Positions 16,749 through 19,726 of a stretch of 19,726 nucleotides of DNA are shown here, piece after piece. The translations under genes were made by a program, and so were the position numbers. The number at the start of each line of letters is the position of its first letter. Position 1 is the stretch's first letter. The stretch covers positions 1 to 19,726 of the forward strand of contig DASXQR010000113.1 in assembly GCA_036507075.1 (NCBI GenBank), written 5' to 3'. Source of the DNA: Acidobacteriota bacterium (lineage in GTDB: Bacteria; Acidobacteriota; UBA6911; JACQSX01). Below the pieces are notes generated by a model that worked only from the letters and a program-made list of their open reading frames with translations, was not told where the DNA came from and made no database searches.

Positions 16749-17044
16749 TTAGAAGTTGTGAAAGAATCGACGCCACCGGGCTTGTCCCGTGAGAAAAAAT
16801 TGTGACCGGAGCTGCGGCTTTGCCGCCCATCGTGCGGAAAGGCTCCACCTTTCCGGCAGAGCCATTTTTCACATTCTTCCTTTCTCCGCAAACCGAGGCG
16901 CAGCCTCGGTTTGCGGAGAAAGGATGGAGGGCATCGCCCGGAAAGGCAGAGCCTTTCCGCACGATGAGGCGGCAAAGCCGCAACTCCACTTCGATTTCTT
17001 CTCACCTTCCAAGTCTGGTGGCATCGATTTTTTCACATATTCTT
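16749..17044. repeat. ~295-bp nested REP/REPIN- or MITE-like palindrome
   Basis: Arms 16749-16855 and 16938-17044 are roughly 80% complementary by eye; perfect 22-bp central stem 16878-16899 / 16903-16924 with loop GCA. Confidence 0.92.
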
Positions 17045-17083
17045 ACGCGCGTCCGACACGAGTGGAAGCCCCTTCTTTCTACA

Positions 17084-17144
17084 CTCCCCCGCTCACCCAC
17101 TGCCCCGCTCTCGCGCTCCCCCGCTCTCGCGCTCCCCCACGCTC
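17084..17144. repeat. Degenerate 8-nt tandem array (CTCYCSCG-like) encoding the HAD C-terminus
   Basis: ctcccccg ctcaccca ctgccccg ctctcgcg ctcccccg ctctcgcg ctccccca; related to the array at 211-266. Confidence 0.88.
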
Positions 17145-17827
17145 AACTTTTCAAACAGAGCTGACAGCCGCCTCACCCTTGCGCCGTCAAAATTGGAATG
17201 CAGGTTATCCCGATCCAGCAGCACCGCCTGCATTCCGGCTTTACGGGCGCCGTAGTAATCGTGTGAAGGCGAGTCACCGACATAGCATGCGTTCGCCGGC
17301 TTTGCATTTGCCTGTACGCAGGCGGCCAGGAATATCCCGGGATCGGGTTTTGCGACCCCCACGCGCGCGGAGATGGTGACCTGCGCGATCCAGGGCTGCA
17401 AGCCAAGGTCCTTCAGCAATCCGGAAAGCCGGGAGTCAAAATTAGAAATCAATCCAATACGGCAGCCATTGCGTGTCAGAAGTTTCAGTGTGGCGGCGGC
17501 ATCAGGATAAAGCTGCCAGCAGCGCGCGGTGGCAAATGAGCGAAACAGATAATCAAAGTACGGGTCCAGGTCGAGGGTGATACCTGCCCGCCGGCAAACT
17601 TCGCCCACCAGGTTCTTCCACCACTGACGTTCGAATTCGCGTACGCGGGTCCGTTTGGGCGTCGTCATGGGCGGCGAAGCATCGAAAACTTCATGGAATA
17701 TATGCTCCATCAGGCCGGGGTCCGCGTGAGCGCCAAAAAGTTGCGCGGCTCGCGCATACTGTCCTCCCACGCTGCCGCGCACGCCAAACAAAGTCCCAAC
17801 CGCGTCAAAGAAAATCCACGTCATCAT
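17093..17827 (-). CDS. HAD-superfamily hydrolase, subfamily IA (REG-2/HDHD3-like)
   Basis: FFDAVGTL, ISNFDSRL, KPDPGIF, YVGDSPSHDYYGA. Confidence 0.92.
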   Translation of the reverse strand: MMTWIFFDAVGTLFGVRGSVGGQYARAAQLFGAHADPGLMEHIFHEVFDASPPMTTPKRTRVREFERQWWKNLVGEVCRRAGITLDLDPYFDYLFRSFATARCWQLYPDAAATLKLLTRNGCRIGLISNFDSRLSGLLKDLGLQPWIAQVTISARVGVAKPDPGIFLAACVQANAKPANACYVGDSPSHDYYGARKAGMQAVLLDRDNLHSNFDGARVRRLSALFEKLSVGERESGGARERGSG

Positions 17828-18152
17828 CGGTTTCGGGTTTTCGGGTTTCCTGGTTTCGGGTTACGCGTTTTCGGGTTACGGGTTTTCGATTTACGGGTTT
17901 TGTCTGAAGATTCGGATTCAAGATTGAAAGTTCGAAAGATCAAACCGAATTGAGTTTCGATCCTTAATTGGAAGTTATTCTACCAAGCCGCAACTCGAAA
18001 CCCGCAACCGCTACCCGCAACCCGTAATCCGGAACCAGCAAACTCGGAACCCGGAACGCGCAAACCCGGAACCCGCAAACTCGGAACGCGCAAACCCGCA
18101 AACGCGCAAACCCGCGAACACGCAAACCCGTGAACGCGCAAACCCGGAACGC
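17828..18152. repeat. Inverted tandem-repeat element between divergent genes
   Basis: Left arm 17828-17901 (cgggttt/cgggtta); right arm ~17988-18152 (aacccgc/aacccgga/aacgcgca); ~85 bp core. Confidence 0.92.
17977..17985 (-). promoter_or_regulatory. Possible extended -10 promoter for the HAD gene, inside the element core
   Basis: TGG-TAGAAT on the minus strand. Confidence 0.4.
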
Positions 18153-18165
18153 GCCGGTGCGACCG

Positions 18166-18171
18166 TATAAT
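18166..18171 (+). promoter_or_regulatory. -10 box for a probable leaderless transcript
   Basis: Perfect TATAAT 6 nt before ATG at 18178; no SD. Confidence 0.65.
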
Positions 18172-18177
18172 ATCCTT

Positions 18178-18810
18178 ATGCCTGAGAAATATTTGCTGGA
18201 AACGCGCGCCGTTCCTCCGTTTTACAAGAACGGCTATCTGCTCGCCTGCGCGCAAACAGGAGAAACGGTGCTGATCGATCCCGGAGATGAAGTGCAGGAG
18301 CTGGCCGCAGTAGCTGACCGGCGAAACTGGACCGTGAAATACATTTTGCTCACGCACGCACACATGGATCATATTACCGGGGTCGATTTTGCCAAGAGGC
18401 GCTATTCCGTCCCTATTTTCCTGCACAAGGACGATGAATTTTTGTACACCGGTCTGGCGCAGCAGGGTGAGTGGTTTGGAGTTCGGCTGAGCGCTCCCCC
18501 TCCGGTGGATAAATATTTCTCCGACGGCGGCACAGTCGAATGGGGAAAGCTTAAAGCCGAGGTGATTCACACGCCGGGTCATTCGCCGGGAGGCGTATGT
18601 CTGAAGCTGGATAACCTGGTGATCGCCGGAGACACGCTCTTTGCCGGCAGCATCGGCCGCACGGACCTGCCCGGAGGCGATGCGACCACCCTGATTCGGA
18701 GCATCAAGACGCGGCTCTTGCCGCTCCCGGATCACGTCATCGTCTATTCCGGCCACGGTCCGGAAACGACAATCGGCCAGGAACGAAGAACAAATCCCTA
18801 CTTAAATTGA
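18178..18810 (+). CDS. MBL-fold metallo-hydrolase (glyoxalase II / YcbL-like)
   Basis: LIDPG, THAHMDH, HTPGHSPGG, GDTLFAGSIGRTDLPGG, SGHGPETTIGQERRTNP. ATG at 18178 chosen; the ORF-track GTG start lies in the repeat arm. Confidence 0.93.
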   Translation: MPEKYLLETRAVPPFYKNGYLLACAQTGETVLIDPGDEVQELAAVADRRNWTVKYILLTHAHMDHITGVDFAKRRYSVPIFLHKDDEFLYTGLAQQGEWFGVRLSAPPPVDKYFSDGGTVEWGKLKAEVIHTPGHSPGGVCLKLDNLVIAGDTLFAGSIGRTDLPGGDATTLIRSIKTRLLPLPDHVIVYSGHGPETTIGQERRTNPYLN

Positions 18811-18895
18811 GCACGAATTTTCACGAATGACACGAATTTCACGAATCTTTAAATTAGTTTCGTGAAATTCGTGGAATTCGTGAAAATTCGTGCTC
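18809..18895. repeat. 37-bp-stem hairpin built from CACGAAT tandem units between convergent genes (possible bidirectional terminator)
   Basis: 18809-18845 and 18859-18895 are complementary at 35/37 positions, with a 13-nt loop. Confidence 0.93.
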
Positions 18896-19726
18896 TACAT
18901 CGCAATTCGTAAGTACTCGCTCAGCTTAAGCCGGTCGACATTCCCCCCGCTCAGGATTATGCCCACTTTCTTGCCGGCGAAATCCGCTTTTTTGAAAAGG
19001 ACCGCCGCCGCCGGCGCCGCGCCGGAGGGTTCCACCAGTATCTTGATGCGCTCCAGCATGAATACCAGCGCGTCAATCATCTCCTGGTCGCTTACCAGCA
19101 GAATTCCTTCAATCAGCGCTTTGACGATGGGAAACGTCAGCTCGCCCGGAGAGGATACCTGCAATCCGTCTGCAATGGTGTGCGGCACAGGAATGCGCAC
19201 GCGCTCGTTCTTCTGAAAGGAAAGAAACGTATCGTTGGCAGTTTCCGGCTCCACTCCGTAGATTCGAATGCCCGGAGAAAGATGTTTTGCCGCAGTGGAG
19301 CACCCCGCCATCAGCCCGCTGCCGCTGACCGACGTCAACAGGAAGTCCAGATGCGGGACATCCTCCAGTAATTCCACCGCCGCTGTTGCCTGACCGGCCA
19401 TGATCAGGTAATCGTCAAAGGGGGGAACCATGATGGCCCGCCGCTCGCGGCAGATTCTTTCGCCCATTTCCTCGCGGTTTTCGCCGTAGCGGTCATAAAA
19501 CACGATTTCAGCGCCATATCCGCGTGTGGCGTTGACCTTGGCCTCGGGAGCATCTTGCGGCATGACAATAGTCGCCTTGATACCAAGCAGCCTTGCCGTC
19601 AAAGCAACCGCCTGCGCATGGTTGCCGGAGGAAAACGCCACTACCGCCGATACTCTCTTCTTCTCGGTCTCGGCTTTGATCTTGTTGTAAGCTCCGCGGA
19701 ACTTGAATGCGCCACCGCGCTGCAGA
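18895..19726 (-). CDS. PLP-dependent Ser/Thr dehydratase-family ammonia-lyase (threo-3-hydroxyaspartate ammonia-lyase / serine racemase-like), 5' end outside the window
   Basis: Manual translation upstream of the ORF-track start gives LQRGGAFKFRGAYN (PLP Lys); also SSGNHAQ, PPFDD..IMAGQAT, TIADGL, VEPSGA, ILSGGNVD; no C-terminal ACT domain. Confidence 0.92.
   Translation of the reverse strand, partial: LQRGGAFKFRGAYNKIKAETEKKRVSAVVAFSSGNHAQAVALTARLLGIKATIVMPQDAPEAKVNATRGYGAEIVFYDRYGENREEMGERICRERRAIMVPPFDDYLIMAGQATAAVELLEDVPHLDFLLTSVSGSGLMAGCSTAAKHLSPGIRIYGVEPETANDTFLSFQKNERVRIPVPHTIADGLQVSSPGELTFPIVKALIEGILLVSDQEMIDALVFMLERIKILVEPSGAAPAAAVLFKKADFAGKKVGIILSGGNVDRLKLSEYLRIAM

Noticed and set aside
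16749..17044. tRNA or known structured ncRNA
   Set aside because: No cloverleaf, T-loop or riboswitch motif was recognised; the symmetry is better explained as a palindromic repeat element.
16691..17379. ORFs 16691-17005, 16720-16989, 16789-17379 and 16802-17164
   Set aside because: They are chance reading frames through the palindrome, mirrored on both strands, with no recognisable domain.

Overview
A GC-rich bacterial chromosomal segment, probably from Acidobacteriota (inferred from the architecture of the TonB-dependent receptor). It holds 15 genes, 14 on the minus strand. The core is a Bacillus-type fatty-acid beta-oxidation operon: fadR, acyl-CoA ligase, fadN, fadA, fadE and an MBL-fold hydrolase, with a perfect FadR operator at its promoter. 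Downstream lie a TonB-dependent receptor, a secreted SGNH/GDSL lipase and a partial aldehyde dehydrogenase. Upstream lie a TPR protein, leuB, a cupin, a HAD hydrolase, a glyoxalase-II-like MBL hydrolase and a partial Ser/Thr dehydratase-family lyase. The most unusual feature is non-coding: 12 of 14 gene junctions carry repeat structures. Most are arrays of degenerate 6-10 nt tandem units, set either as inverted arms around a short unique core or as a single G-rich arm that starts inside the last codons of the upstream gene. Two are large nested palindromes. No transposase, CRISPR array, tRNA or rRNA gene was recognised.
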